Positions 20,598 through 30,071 of a DNA stretch of 64,000 nt are shown here, one piece after another. The position numbers and the translations under genes are program-made. Each line of letters starts with the position of its first letter. The first letter of the stretch is position 1. The DNA lies in the IMG/VR virus record IMGVR_UViG_3300027759_000045, positions 62,001 to 126,000 of that record. The stretch is one strand, 5' to 3'. Under the pieces are notes generated by a model that had not been told where the DNA came from, searched no databases, and saw nothing but the letters and a program-made list of their open reading frames with translations.

Positions 20598-21186
20598 TAA
20601 AATTCTACAATTTGAACAAGCACTAGCAGAGTTTACTGGTGCCCCATATGTGGTCATGACCGATTGCTGTACACACGCCATTGAACTGTGCTTACGTTAC
20701 GACCAAGTTACAGAGTGTAGGTTTACTCCGTACACTTACTTGAGCATCCCAATGACCATGCACAAGCTGGGCATCAAATACAAACTACTAGACCACGAAT
20801 GGCAACGCTGGGTCGGTGAATACCCATTTCTCGAAACACGTATCTGGGATTCAGCACGTAGACTTGAAAAGGACATGTACCGCGAAGGTACAATGCAATG
20901 TTTGAGTTTTGGGCATGGCAAACCTTTGCAGATCGGACGTGGCGGAGCAATCTTGCTAGATGATGTTGTTGCATACGATACCATGTTGGCTCAAAGGTAC
21001 GATGGTAGAGATTTGACTATTACGCCATGGGAATCGCAACAGGTGTTCCGAGTGGGGTATCATTACAAACCCACAATCGAAGAAGCTGTACAAGGACTTG
21101 CACTACTCGAAGGTGTCAAACAAAATCGGCCCGTGCCAATACCGGTTGATTACCCAGATTGCAGAAAAATAACTATTGTTCCTTGA
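20590..21186 (+). CDS. short DegT/DnrJ/EryC1/StrS-like PLP aminotransferase
   Basis: FEQALAEFTGAPYVV..DCCTHAIEL...WDSA...LSFGHGKPLQIGRGGAI. Confidence 0.7.
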   Translation: MFDKILQFEQALAEFTGAPYVVMTDCCTHAIELCLRYDQVTECRFTPYTYLSIPMTMHKLGIKYKLLDHEWQRWVGEYPFLETRIWDSARRLEKDMYREGTMQCLSFGHGKPLQIGRGGAILLDDVVAYDTMLAQRYDGRDLTITPWESQQVFRVGYHYKPTIEEAVQGLALLEGVKQNRPVPIPVDYPDCRKITIVP

Positions 21187-21211
21187 CACTGACCTAAATA
21201 CCCTGTATAAT
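21183..21211 (+). promoter_or_regulatory. consensus sigma70 promoter with nested TAAATA
   Basis: TTGACA-N17-TATAAT; TAAATA at 21195-21200. Confidence 0.9.
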
Positions 21212-21252
21212 AACACAATGGCAATCCACTGCCTTAACATCGGAGACTATGA

Positions 21253-22083
21253 TTGAAAAAAGAATTTGCACCAGATCCAGTATTTCACTCGGATACTAAA
21301 AAGAAGTTTATACCAGACCGCCTGGACCACAATGCCACAGAGCCATCCCCAATTACCACAGCAACTGAAATTATGTCAGACAAAGATTACCAAGAAGGTT
21401 ACCTAGGCGATGCCATTCGCTTTAAGATGAAACGTGACAACAAACGTTTCTGGGCAGGCGATAATATCAGTGACTACCTGCACGAAGGTGATCGAGAACG
21501 ACTAATTGACGAAGCCTCAGAAGCATTTGAGACAGTGCTGGATCGGTTGTTGATCGATCGTGAAACAGATCCCAACTCAAAAGGCACAGCAAGACGTTTG
21601 GCCAAAATGTACTTTAATGAAATAATGGCAGGAAGATATGAACCAGAACCAGATGCAACCGCTTTCCCTAATGACTCAGCGGATCGATATGAAGGAATGC
21701 TTGTGGTGCGTAGTGAGCTTCGCAGTATGTGCAGTCATCACCACCAACCTGTCAGTGGCGTTGCTTATATCGGGATTATTGCCGCTCAAAAGCTCATTGG
21801 CCTTAGCAAGTACACTCGTATTGCTCAGTGGTGTGCTCGTCGTGGCACACTACAAGAAGAACTTGCTAATGACATTGCCCGCGAGATAATGCGGGCCACA
21901 GATGCCACAGACGTTGGTGTGTATATTCAAGCAGTGCATGGATGTTGCGAGAATCGCGGCATCATGGCACATAGTAGCCTCACACAGACCACAGTGCTTA
22001 AAGGTGCGTTTAACACAGATCAAAGTACAAAGAAAGAATTCTTTGACAATATCAAACTACAACAGGACTTTGCTCCACGATGA
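21253..22083 (+). CDS. folE: GTP cyclohydrolase I
   Basis: [30 protein letters not shown]; TTG start after GGAG. Confidence 0.95.
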   Translation: MKKEFAPDPVFHSDTKKKFIPDRLDHNATEPSPITTATEIMSDKDYQEGYLGDAIRFKMKRDNKRFWAGDNISDYLHEGDRERLIDEASEAFETVLDRLLIDRETDPNSKGTARRLAKMYFNEIMAGRYEPEPDATAFPNDSADRYEGMLVVRSELRSMCSHHHQPVSGVAYIGIIAAQKLIGLSKYTRIAQWCARRGTLQEELANDIAREIMRATDATDVGVYIQAVHGCCENRGIMAHSSLTQTTVLKGAFNTDQSTKKEFFDNIKLQQDFAPR

Positions 22084-22412
22084 CCTATGTTGTAACTGAC
22101 GACTGCATTTTATGCAAACACACAGACTGTGTTGATGTGTGTCCTGTGGATTGCTTTGTAGAAGGTCCAAACTTTTTGGCCATCAATCCGGATGAGTGCA
22201 TTGACTGTGCAGTGTGCGTTCCAGAATGTCCGGTAAATGCAATTTATGCTGAAGAGGATCTACCGGAAACGCAACGTGCATTTACAGTCATCAATGCTGA
22301 ACTGGCAAAGCTATGGCCTGCTATTACCAAAAGTAAGGCACCGCTGCCAGACCATGAAAAATGGACCAACGTGCCCGATAAACTACAGTACCTAGACCGT
22401 GGCACAGCGTAA
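22080..22412 (+). CDS. fdxA: 7Fe ferredoxin (FdxA type)
   Basis: [18 protein letters not shown]...[12 protein letters not shown]. Confidence 0.93.
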   Translation: MTYVVTDDCILCKHTDCVDVCPVDCFVEGPNFLAINPDECIDCAVCVPECPVNAIYAEEDLPETQRAFTVINAELAKLWPAITKSKAPLPDHEKWTNVPDKLQYLDRGTA

Positions 22413-22998
22413 AAACTTTGTTGTCTACGGACACGGGAGAACCGGCAGCCACTGGGTTGAATCAATTCTAATCGGATTGTTGGCACCAACTTCATTCCGG
22501 TATTCAAACTGTTCTCTTTTGCCCGACGGCTGGATATATCACACCAACCACATTCAAGAGTTATTGGAAATACCTCGAGAGATACGAGATTCTGTCACAT
22601 TGATTGTGTGTGATAGGTCAAATTATTTTGATGCGGCCGTCAGTTACAATGTAGCAAAACATACAGATGAATTTTTTACTTACACAGATACCCCAGTGGC
22701 GCCATTCAATGTGGATCCTGACGACTTTACAAATTTATTAAATGCACAGCACCATACATATCAATTGGTTGGTTCAGAAGTCATACCAAGGTACAACAGT
22801 GTGATACGCATCGACTACGACAGTTTGGTAGCTGCCGCTGTTCCGGAAAAGTATGTGGCCGACCAATTGGGTGTTGATTACACAGTAAATTCCGAGTACA
22901 CGCACCAAAGTGTTAAAAACCCAAGAAATTACAAAGATTTAATTTTAAATTGGGAAGAATTGTACCAACTTTATCAAGAATGGCTAGTTGACCACTAA
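22399..22998 (+). CDS. sulfotransferase-like P-loop protein
   Basis: [17 protein letters not shown]-binding-like motif. Confidence 0.65.
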   Translation: MAQRKNFVVYGHGRTGSHWVESILIGLLAPTSFRYSNCSLLPDGWIYHTNHIQELLEIPREIRDSVTLIVCDRSNYFDAAVSYNVAKHTDEFFTYTDTPVAPFNVDPDDFTNLLNAQHHTYQLVGSEVIPRYNSVIRIDYDSLVAAAVPEKYVADQLGVDYTVNSEYTHQSVKNPRNYKDLILNWEELYQLYQEWLVDH

Positions 22999-23016
22999 TT
23001 CTTAATTTGTTATAAT
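22988..23016 (+). promoter_or_regulatory. sigma70-type promoter
   Basis: TTGACC-N17-TATAAT. Confidence 0.75.
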
Positions 23017-23050
23017 ACGTGTACATTGAACAACTCTTGGTGGAAATATT

Positions 23051-24295
23051 ATGCGCTTTATTATTAGCACAATTGGACTGGTTTTAGTCCTAGCTAGTTG
23101 TAGCGGTTGTGGCGGAGGCGGTGGTGGTGGCACCACACCCACAACGATGGTGCAGTCTGCAACTGCATCATCCTGTGTTGTTAAACCTGTAATAGGCTCT
23201 GACAAATACCGCAGTGCAATCATGGACATGCGATTTGAACAGTACACCGATTTCACTGCCGATGGCAAATTGGTGGCATCGTATGATGCTGTGTCTCGAG
23301 TCATTGATAAGATTGATTGTGTTGGATTTAATACAATTGTTTTTCAGACCAATATTCCCATTGACGTCAAAACTGGGCATTTAGAATTGTATGACTCAAG
23401 CCCGGTGGCCTACAACCGTGATAAGAATATACCTAAGGATTTTTGGCGATTGGTCAAGTACTCTAAAGACCAAGGACTCCGTGTGTTTATCAAAGCAATT
23501 CCAGTCAATCACATCACAGATTCAACCATCTGTCCCAGCTGTACCAGTTCTGAATTTGCATTGCCGCCTACATTCTCCACTGCAAATTTCTTTAACACGT
23601 TAGTCTCGTATCAACGAATCTTGGCCACAGAAGCAGAGAAATACAAAGTGGATGGGTTTTACATCGGAACCATGAACCTCGGGCTTGACACAACCCCTTA
23701 CATGGCCAACTGGGACAACGTTATAGCTCAGATCAAAACTGTGTACACAGGTAAATTGATTTACGAATCCTGTGATCGTTGTACCACACCAGTATGGAAT
23801 CGAGTAGATCTTGTTGCAGTGCATGTTGGCGCTCAGGTAACCAAATCCTCTGCCACCACAGTGGCCAGCTTAATCAACGATACTCAGATATTTAATTTGA
23901 TTGTTGATATTCAGCGCATTGCTACTCTATACCAGAAACCAATTTTGTTAGATACCATCATGATTGGAGCAACAGGTAAAGATTATGACTATGGCAGCAT
24001 CACCAGTGGGCAAACTCCGTACACAAGCCTACAGCCCAATTATGAATTGCAAGCTGTGAAAATTGCCACAGTGTTTGAATTGCTTGGCTCCAAACTCCCC
24101 AAACAAGTAGTGGGGGTGCAATGGTCAGAATACATGCCATGGAGCCAGGCTGCCTGGATACAAAATCCCACCAATACTACATCGTGGACCTGGCATCATG
24201 TTCAGTTCTATGGAATTGATTTGTTAAACAACAAGTCAGCACAAAATAAATTGTCTGAATATTTTGCTAAGCCATGGGGCTACACAGTTAACTAA
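23051..24295 (+). CDS. lipoprotein with GH113-like TIM-barrel domain
   Basis: signal peptide with lipobox (VLASC), Gly/Thr linker, AEKYKVDGFYIG...IKTVYTGKLIY...KPIL pattern. Confidence 0.6.
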   Translation: MRFIISTIGLVLVLASCSGCGGGGGGGTTPTTMVQSATASSCVVKPVIGSDKYRSAIMDMRFEQYTDFTADGKLVASYDAVSRVIDKIDCVGFNTIVFQTNIPIDVKTGHLELYDSSPVAYNRDKNIPKDFWRLVKYSKDQGLRVFIKAIPVNHITDSTICPSCTSSEFALPPTFSTANFFNTLVSYQRILATEAEKYKVDGFYIGTMNLGLDTTPYMANWDNVIAQIKTVYTGKLIYESCDRCTTPVWNRVDLVAVHVGAQVTKSSATTVASLINDTQIFNLIVDIQRIATLYQKPILLDTIMIGATGKDYDYGSITSGQTPYTSLQPNYELQAVKIATVFELLGSKLPKQVVGVQWSEYMPWSQAAWIQNPTNTTSWTWHHVQFYGIDLLNNKSAQNKLSEYFAKPWGYTVN

Positions 24296-24305
24296 AGGAT
24301 CAACT

Positions 24306-24725
24306 ATGAGTTTACCGCACACAAAAGAAATCATTCCGGGAATCGGCCCAGAGATTAATAAACAACTTGCACCGTGGACTGAACTGGTTCGAGAGGACTT
24401 TCATGTTCAAGTATTTGAAGATATCTATCCTGTGACTCCGGGACACTTGTTATTCGTACCTAAATACAACACAGTAGGTGTGCTGATGGATGCTGTACAA
24501 GATGCAATCTATCACGGGCAGGCGCAGGTCGAATCGGGTGCCTGGGATGGATTTAACATTGGATTAAACTATGGTTCGGCAGCCGGGCAGACAGTGCCTT
24601 GGCCACATGTACACTTGATTCCTCGTCTGACAGGTGATGTTGCTGACCCTATTGGCGGTGTCCGAAATACAATTCCCGGGCAAGGTAACTATCGCACAGG
24701 TAGTTATAAACACCCCAATGCGTAA
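24306..24725 (+). CDS. HIT family nucleotide hydrolase
   Basis: DIYPVTPGHLLFVP...GFNIGLN.G.AAGQTVPWPHVHLIPR. Confidence 0.9.
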   Translation: MSLPHTKEIIPGIGPEINKQLAPWTELVREDFHVQVFEDIYPVTPGHLLFVPKYNTVGVLMDAVQDAIYHGQAQVESGAWDGFNIGLNYGSAAGQTVPWPHVHLIPRLTGDVADPIGGVRNTIPGQGNYRTGSYKHPNA

Positions 24726-24800
24726 TACAATAAATATTTCTTTACAACATCAAACTTCAACAAGAATTTGATCCTCAATGGGTTATTAAGAAAATAATAA

Positions 24801-25652
24801 ATGGACTATACAATACATCAAAACGGCTGGACAGTTATGTTGGGTGATCAGTTCAGCTTCAAGACTGCCACCCAAGACAACATCAACGAAATAGCACGCC
24901 TGCTTGCATCAAACACCTTGGTAGTTGCCAAAAAACAAAACTTGACAGTTCAAGAAGAGTTGCGTGTTATCAACATGTTCAAGGATCCTGAGGCCGCGCC
25001 TGAACAGTTGCCAATGGCTCGACGATTATGTGTTCCTGACACACAAGGCAAGATAGTTAGAGTAACTGGCGAACTTGATGAACACGGAGAACCTGGACTG
25101 TTTGGTCATGTCAGCGATCTTGATTGGCACTGTAACAAACCAGCTGTGCCCGATCGCAGACCAATTGTGTGGCTGTATGGAGTAAAAGGCACAGCTGGTT
25201 CCAGAACGTCATGGAACAACAACATACTGTCTTACCAAGATCTTGAACAAGACACTAAAAATCTGTTGGATCCGTTGGAGGGAATATTTGGATACGAAAA
25301 CGGGCGCTATACTGACATGCAATTTGAGAATGTTCCAACAAAAAGTATCAACACCCACTACACTCCAAAAATTGTTACCACAAATATTGCAGGCAAGAAA
25401 GGGCTGTTTTTTCCTTTCTTGCAGTTGTTCTATTTCAAAGGAATGAGCGAGGAAGATAGTATCAAGATTATTGATCCAATCAGCCAACATATTACACAGG
25501 ATAAGTACTGTTATCATCATGACTGGGATGATGGAGACGTTGTGATTGCCGAGCAAGTGCTAGGCATACACAAAAGATGGGCGTTTGACGGTATGCCGAA
25601 CAGGGTACTACATCGAGCTACCATGCAATTCCCAGATCAAATATATCAGTGA
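24801..25652 (+). CDS. TauD/TfdA-like 2OG-Fe(II) dioxygenase
   Basis: DWHCN...YHHDWDDGDVVI....IHKR...RVLHR. Confidence 0.8.
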   Translation: MDYTIHQNGWTVMLGDQFSFKTATQDNINEIARLLASNTLVVAKKQNLTVQEELRVINMFKDPEAAPEQLPMARRLCVPDTQGKIVRVTGELDEHGEPGLFGHVSDLDWHCNKPAVPDRRPIVWLYGVKGTAGSRTSWNNNILSYQDLEQDTKNLLDPLEGIFGYENGRYTDMQFENVPTKSINTHYTPKIVTTNIAGKKGLFFPFLQLFYFKGMSEEDSIKIIDPISQHITQDKYCYHHDWDDGDVVIAEQVLGIHKRWAFDGMPNRVLHRATMQFPDQIYQ

Positions 25653-25656
25653 TCTC

Positions 25657-25722
25657 AGCGGCCTGTTCGGCATCATCCCGCTTTACAAACTCTGCTGCCT
25701 ATGCTATAATTAACATAGGAGA
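25657..25722 (+). promoter_or_regulatory. candidate riboswitch-like leader of queD
   Basis: AGCGG/CCGCT stem; loop GGCA complementary to TGCC; alternative CCTATG/CATAGG hairpin sequesters the SD. Confidence 0.4.
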
Positions 25723-25727
25723 AAATA

Positions 25728-26234
25728 ATGGCACAATTTGAATCAGTACAATACAAATACACTTCTACCAAGGAGTATCACGATGCGTTTCCCTGCGCAT
25801 ATCGGCAATGGCGAGCAGACAGTCACTGTAATCTAATTCACGGTTACAGCTTCAGTATGAAGTTCTACTTTGGTACTAATGACCTAGATGTGCGTAACTG
25901 GGCCGCTGACTACGGTGGGCTTAAAGAGCTCAAGAAGACCTTGGAAGATCAATTTGATCATACATTGATTGTGGCAGCGGATGATCCTGAAATGGCCACA
26001 TATAACTTGTTGGTAGAAAAGAAAATGGCCAAGGTAGTTGTGTTACCAAAATTAGGATGTGAAGGTCTCAGTGACATGCTGTACAAGTATGTGAATGGGG
26101 TTTACGTTCCAGAAATGTGGGGACCCGGAGAGGCCACTCGTTTGTGGTGCTATCGTGTAGAAGTGCGTGAAACACAAGCCAACATGGCGTATCGTGAAGG
26201 GCATCGTGAATGGAATGAGGATCTGTTTGCGTGA
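25728..26234 (+). CDS. queD: 6-carboxy-tetrahydropterin synthase / PTPS family
   Basis: SHCNLIHGYS...DYGGLKELK..LEDQFDH...VEVRET. Confidence 0.88.
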   Translation: MAQFESVQYKYTSTKEYHDAFPCAYRQWRADSHCNLIHGYSFSMKFYFGTNDLDVRNWAADYGGLKELKKTLEDQFDHTLIVAADDPEMATYNLLVEKKMAKVVVLPKLGCEGLSDMLYKYVNGVYVPEMWGPGEATRLWCYRVEVRETQANMAYREGHREWNEDLFA

Positions 26235-26851
26235 ACTTGTTTGTAACCGGTGGCAGTTCTGGTGTTGGTCAAGCATGTGTAGAACTGTTTGATCAATACA
26301 CAATTACAGCACCAACAAGGAACGAACTAGATTTGTCTGACTTTGAAGCAATAGCTCAATTGGATTTATCTCAGTACGATATTGTTATCAACTGTGCAGG
26401 TGCCAATGTAGGTGCATTTCGGGGCTGGCAAGATAATACTTGGCAAAATCAGCAAAATCAAGTTGATGTAAACTTCACTGGTGCATTGCTGTTGGCCAAG
26501 CAATACGTTAAGCAACGTGCCACCGGACATTTCATTTATATCACCAGCAGTAACATCGATGATCCCATTGTGTATAACATATTTTACACTGCTGCCAAGG
26601 CCGCACTGCATTACAGTATGAATACAGTGAAGAAACAGTATCCCGATGTGCTCTTTACAGAAATCAGGCCTGGTAAAATACGTAGTAATATGTTAAATCA
26701 AAATTATCAAGGTGCAAAAACTCCTGATGAAATCGAAGAACTCTATGCCAAAGGGCCTGCACTGGCACCTGCAGATATTGCCGAGGCCATTGCGACTGCT
26801 ATTAAATACAAGATAGAACAAATCACAATAACTCCCCATGACAAATCGTGA
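26231..26851 (+). CDS. short-chain dehydrogenase/reductase
   Basis: VTGGSSGVG, INCAG, YTAAK. Confidence 0.9.
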   Translation: MNLFVTGGSSGVGQACVELFDQYTITAPTRNELDLSDFEAIAQLDLSQYDIVINCAGANVGAFRGWQDNTWQNQQNQVDVNFTGALLLAKQYVKQRATGHFIYITSSNIDDPIVYNIFYTAAKAALHYSMNTVKKQYPDVLFTEIRPGKIRSNMLNQNYQGAKTPDEIEELYAKGPALAPADIAEAIATAIKYKIEQITITPHDKS

Positions 26852-27659
26852 ATTTAAAATAGCTGTACTACTTCCCACGCACAAACGAACAGATGCACTG
26901 AGCCGCAGTGTGTTTAGTCTGCTGGATAATGCCCACGACTTGAGTCAAATACAATTTGTGTTTGGTATTGACAGTAACGATGAAATTGGACGTGAACATT
27001 TTGTCAATGAAATTCAACCTGTATTAGATGAACGAGATGTGACATATACCGCACTGGAGTTTGAACCTTTGGGTTACGGAGCACTCAATCGTTATTTTAA
27101 CACACTGGCTGAACATGCCAACGCTGATTGGTTGTTTGTTTGGTGTGACGACGCTATCATGTCAACCCAGGCATGGGATCAACGCATCATCGAATGCACA
27201 GGCGAGTTCAAGTTGTTAAAAGTGCATACACACAACGAGCATCCTTATAGCATATTTCCCATTATACCTGCAGAGTGGCCAGAGCTAACAGGTTATCTTA
27301 GCAAGCATCAATTGATCGATGCTGAAGTTAGTCAAATGGCCTACTTGCTGGACATAATGAAAATTATCGAAGTAGATGTCACACACGATCGTCATGATCT
27401 AACTGGTAATAATGCAGATGAAAATGCCAAAAAGAAAAAGTACTTTGAAGGCAATCCAAAAAATCCCGAAGACTTCCATAACAAGTATGTTACACACAAT
27501 CGGCTTGTGGATGTGAACAAATTGTTCAAATATATGAAGTCCAAGAATCTTGACACTAGTCATTGGGAGGCAGCGGTCGCAGGAAAAATTGATCCATGGG
27601 CACTTATGAAGGCCAATGATCCAAACAATCAAACAACACAATTTAAACTTCCAAAATGA
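26838..27659 (+). CDS. GT-A (GT2-like) glycosyltransferase
   Basis: VLLPTHKR...WLFVWCDDA. Confidence 0.8.
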   Translation: MTNREFKIAVLLPTHKRTDALSRSVFSLLDNAHDLSQIQFVFGIDSNDEIGREHFVNEIQPVLDERDVTYTALEFEPLGYGALNRYFNTLAEHANADWLFVWCDDAIMSTQAWDQRIIECTGEFKLLKVHTHNEHPYSIFPIIPAEWPELTGYLSKHQLIDAEVSQMAYLLDIMKIIEVDVTHDRHDLTGNNADENAKKKKYFEGNPKNPEDFHNKYVTHNRLVDVNKLFKYMKSKNLDTSHWEAAVAGKIDPWALMKANDPNNQTTQFKLPK

Positions 27660-28888
27660 CAACAGACATAACACACAGCAGACAGTTAGACACATGTTTA
27701 ATCACCACAGAACCAGTGACCAAGGTATTGGACTTTGGGCAACACGCCTACGCAGACACGTTTGTGTCCCGGGATCAGTTGAATCTAAGTGAGCCAGTAT
27801 TTCCTTTACAAGTTCATTTAAATCCCAACTCAGGCATGTTGCAATTAGGATATGTCAGCAATGCCGAAGCAAGATATAACCTGTACAGTTACAGTTACAC
27901 ATCCAGCAACTCAAAGACAGCAAGAGATCACTGGGACGAGTTTGCCGCAACTATCAAATCAAAATATAACACTGCGGGTCTTGTGGTTGAAATTGGCAGT
28001 AACGATGCATACCTAATTCGACAATTCAACAATGAATCAACTGCCACACTGGGAATTGATTCAAGCAGTGCAATGTGTGCTATTGCACAAGAGCAAGGTG
28101 TTACAGCACTACAGGCATTATTTCATCCTAATGTTGCTTATGATCTTGTTCCCAAATATGGTCGTGCCGCGGTTGTTATTGCCAACAATGTGTTTAACCA
28201 TGCTAACGATCCCGTGGAGTTTGCACATGGTGTAAGTTTCTTGCTGGACAAGGATGGTGTATTTGTGTTTGAAGTTCCTTACTGGCTGGAAATGGTCTAC
28301 AGTGGTCGTTTTACAGACATGGTGTACCACGAACATATCAGTTATTTTACCATCAAGAGCCTACATAATCTGTTGGCCATTGCTGGGTTAGAAATTATCG
28401 ACTTTGATGTGGTCGACTATCACGGTGGTAGTCTGCGTGTGGTGGCAAAGAAAGCCAGCGGCAATCCAATATCTGAAAAAGTCGCGCAGGCCATTGTTAA
28501 AGAAACTGAACTGGGGTTGTTTGATGTGGTCTTTTATGCTGGTTTGCAGAAAAGATTTGAACGTCAACGCAATGAATGGATGTCCAAGTTCTATCAAATA
28601 CTACAAGACGAGCCTGGTGCAGTTGTTATCGGCGTAGGTGCTGCCGCCAAAGCAAACACATGGCTTGCATGGCACGGCCTAAATAAAACACACCTGCATT
28701 GTATTACCGATGCCAGCGAACACAAGCAAGGTAAGTATACTCCACTTAGCCGTATACCAATCTTGGACGATAATGAATTTGCAAAGCATCCTACCCCATA
28801 TGCTCTAATCTTAAGTTGGAACATTGGCGAAGGTCTTAAGCGAGCATTATTACGCATCAATCCCAACACAAGGTTTATATCACAATGA
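27656..28888 (+). CDS. NDP-sugar C-methyltransferase family
   Basis: VVEIGSNDA, ANNVFNH, YHEHISYF, HGGSLR, GAAAKANT, KQGKYTP, ILSWN. Confidence 0.88.
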   Translation: MTTDITHSRQLDTCLITTEPVTKVLDFGQHAYADTFVSRDQLNLSEPVFPLQVHLNPNSGMLQLGYVSNAEARYNLYSYSYTSSNSKTARDHWDEFAATIKSKYNTAGLVVEIGSNDAYLIRQFNNESTATLGIDSSSAMCAIAQEQGVTALQALFHPNVAYDLVPKYGRAAVVIANNVFNHANDPVEFAHGVSFLLDKDGVFVFEVPYWLEMVYSGRFTDMVYHEHISYFTIKSLHNLLAIAGLEIIDFDVVDYHGGSLRVVAKKASGNPISEKVAQAIVKETELGLFDVVFYAGLQKRFERQRNEWMSKFYQILQDEPGAVVIGVGAAAKANTWLAWHGLNKTHLHCITDASEHKQGKYTPLSRIPILDDNEFAKHPTPYALILSWNIGEGLKRALLRINPNTRFISQ

Positions 28889-29301
28889 AACAATACAACA
28901 TTTACAACAACAACGAAACAGGTCTAGGAACGTTCACCGACGATCGTGGCACAATCACTGATATCTTTTACAAAGCCAGTGTTAATCACGCCTGTTTGAT
29001 TACCAACACAGCCGGGGCAGTGCGCGGCAATCACTATCACAAATACACTACTCAATATACCTATGTGCTCACAGGCAGCATGGTGTATTACAGTAAACCC
29101 GTAGACAGTGATGGAACGCCTACAGAATTCTTAGCCAGAAAAGGTGACTTTATTATCAGTCCACCCAATGAGATTCATGCCATGCAAACCACCGTGGATG
29201 GCTGTACATTTATTGCGTTTGCCGAAGGTCCACGTGGCGGCGAAGATTATGAAACCGACACATACAGAGTGGATTCAATCATTCCGGGAGATAGCAAATG
29301 A
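28885..29301 (+). CDS. cupin, sugar epimerase/isomerase-like
   Basis: DDRGTI...GAVRGNHYHK...PNEIHAM. Confidence 0.8.
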   Translation: MKQYNIYNNNETGLGTFTDDRGTITDIFYKASVNHACLITNTAGAVRGNHYHKYTTQYTYVLTGSMVYYSKPVDSDGTPTEFLARKGDFIISPPNEIHAMQTTVDGCTFIAFAEGPRGGEDYETDTYRVDSIIPGDSK

Positions 29302-30071
29302 ACGTGGGCGTAATTGGAAAAGGTACTGTTGGCAAAGCAGTGTACGAAGGACTAGAGTATCTGGGACATAACATGTGCTTCTTTGATCCTGCATACGAAG
29401 GATCCTCTATCATGGACGTTGTAGACGCTGATTGTGTTTTTGTCAGTGTGCCAACTAATCAAGCAGCCAACGGCGACTGCGATACATCTATTGTAGAAAA
29501 TGTAATCAAAGACTTGGATGGATTAAACTACAAAGGATTGATTGCGGTCAAAAGTACAGTGGTTCCGGGCACAAGCGAACGACTCAGTGCAGAATATCCA
29601 CGCATGAAAATCTGTAGTGTGCCGGAGTTCCTACGTGCCAAGACAGCACTGGCAGACTTTATTCACAATCATGACCTGTTGGTCATTGGCAGTCACCGCG
29701 AAGAAGACTTTGAATTGATCAAAAAGATTCATGGTTTCTATCCCAAGCATGTGGCCTGCGTTAAACCTACAGAAGCAGAAATTGTCAAGTATTTCAACAA
29801 CGTACACCATGCCATGCAAGTGACCTTTGCCAACGTCACTTATGAAGTGTGTCAAAAACTAGATGCCAACTACATGAATGTGTACAATGCCATCACACAA
29901 CGTGATTGTATTAATCCTGCATATTTGATGGCCAATAAAAACACACGTGGCTATGGCGGCCATTGTTTGCCCAAAGATACCAGTGCCTGGAATAACTTGA
30001 TCAAGAAACTGGGTCTTGACTTTAACCTGATTCAAAGTGTAATCGACGACAACGAGAAATTTATCAAATGA
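29298..30071 (+). CDS. ugd: UDP-glucose/GDP-mannose 6-dehydrogenase family
   Basis: GKGTVG, VKSTVVPGT, PEFLR, EIVKYFNN, GYGGHCLPKD. Confidence 0.9.
   Translation: MNVGVIGKGTVGKAVYEGLEYLGHNMCFFDPAYEGSSIMDVVDADCVFVSVPTNQAANGDCDTSIVENVIKDLDGLNYKGLIAVKSTVVPGTSERLSAEYPRMKICSVPEFLRAKTALADFIHNHDLLVIGSHREEDFELIKKIHGFYPKHVACVKPTEAEIVKYFNNVHHAMQVTFANVTYEVCQKLDANYMNVYNAITQRDCINPAYLMANKNTRGYGGHCLPKDTSAWNNLIKKLGLDFNLIQSVIDDNEKFIK

Noticed and set aside
23104-23135. GGC/GGT run as a phase-variable repeat
   Set aside because: Mixed-codon in-frame poly-Gly linker; slippage would not shift the frame.
25657-25722. Canonical preQ1-I/II riboswitch
   Set aside because: The conserved loop and A-rich tail sequences are absent; kept only as an unassigned candidate.
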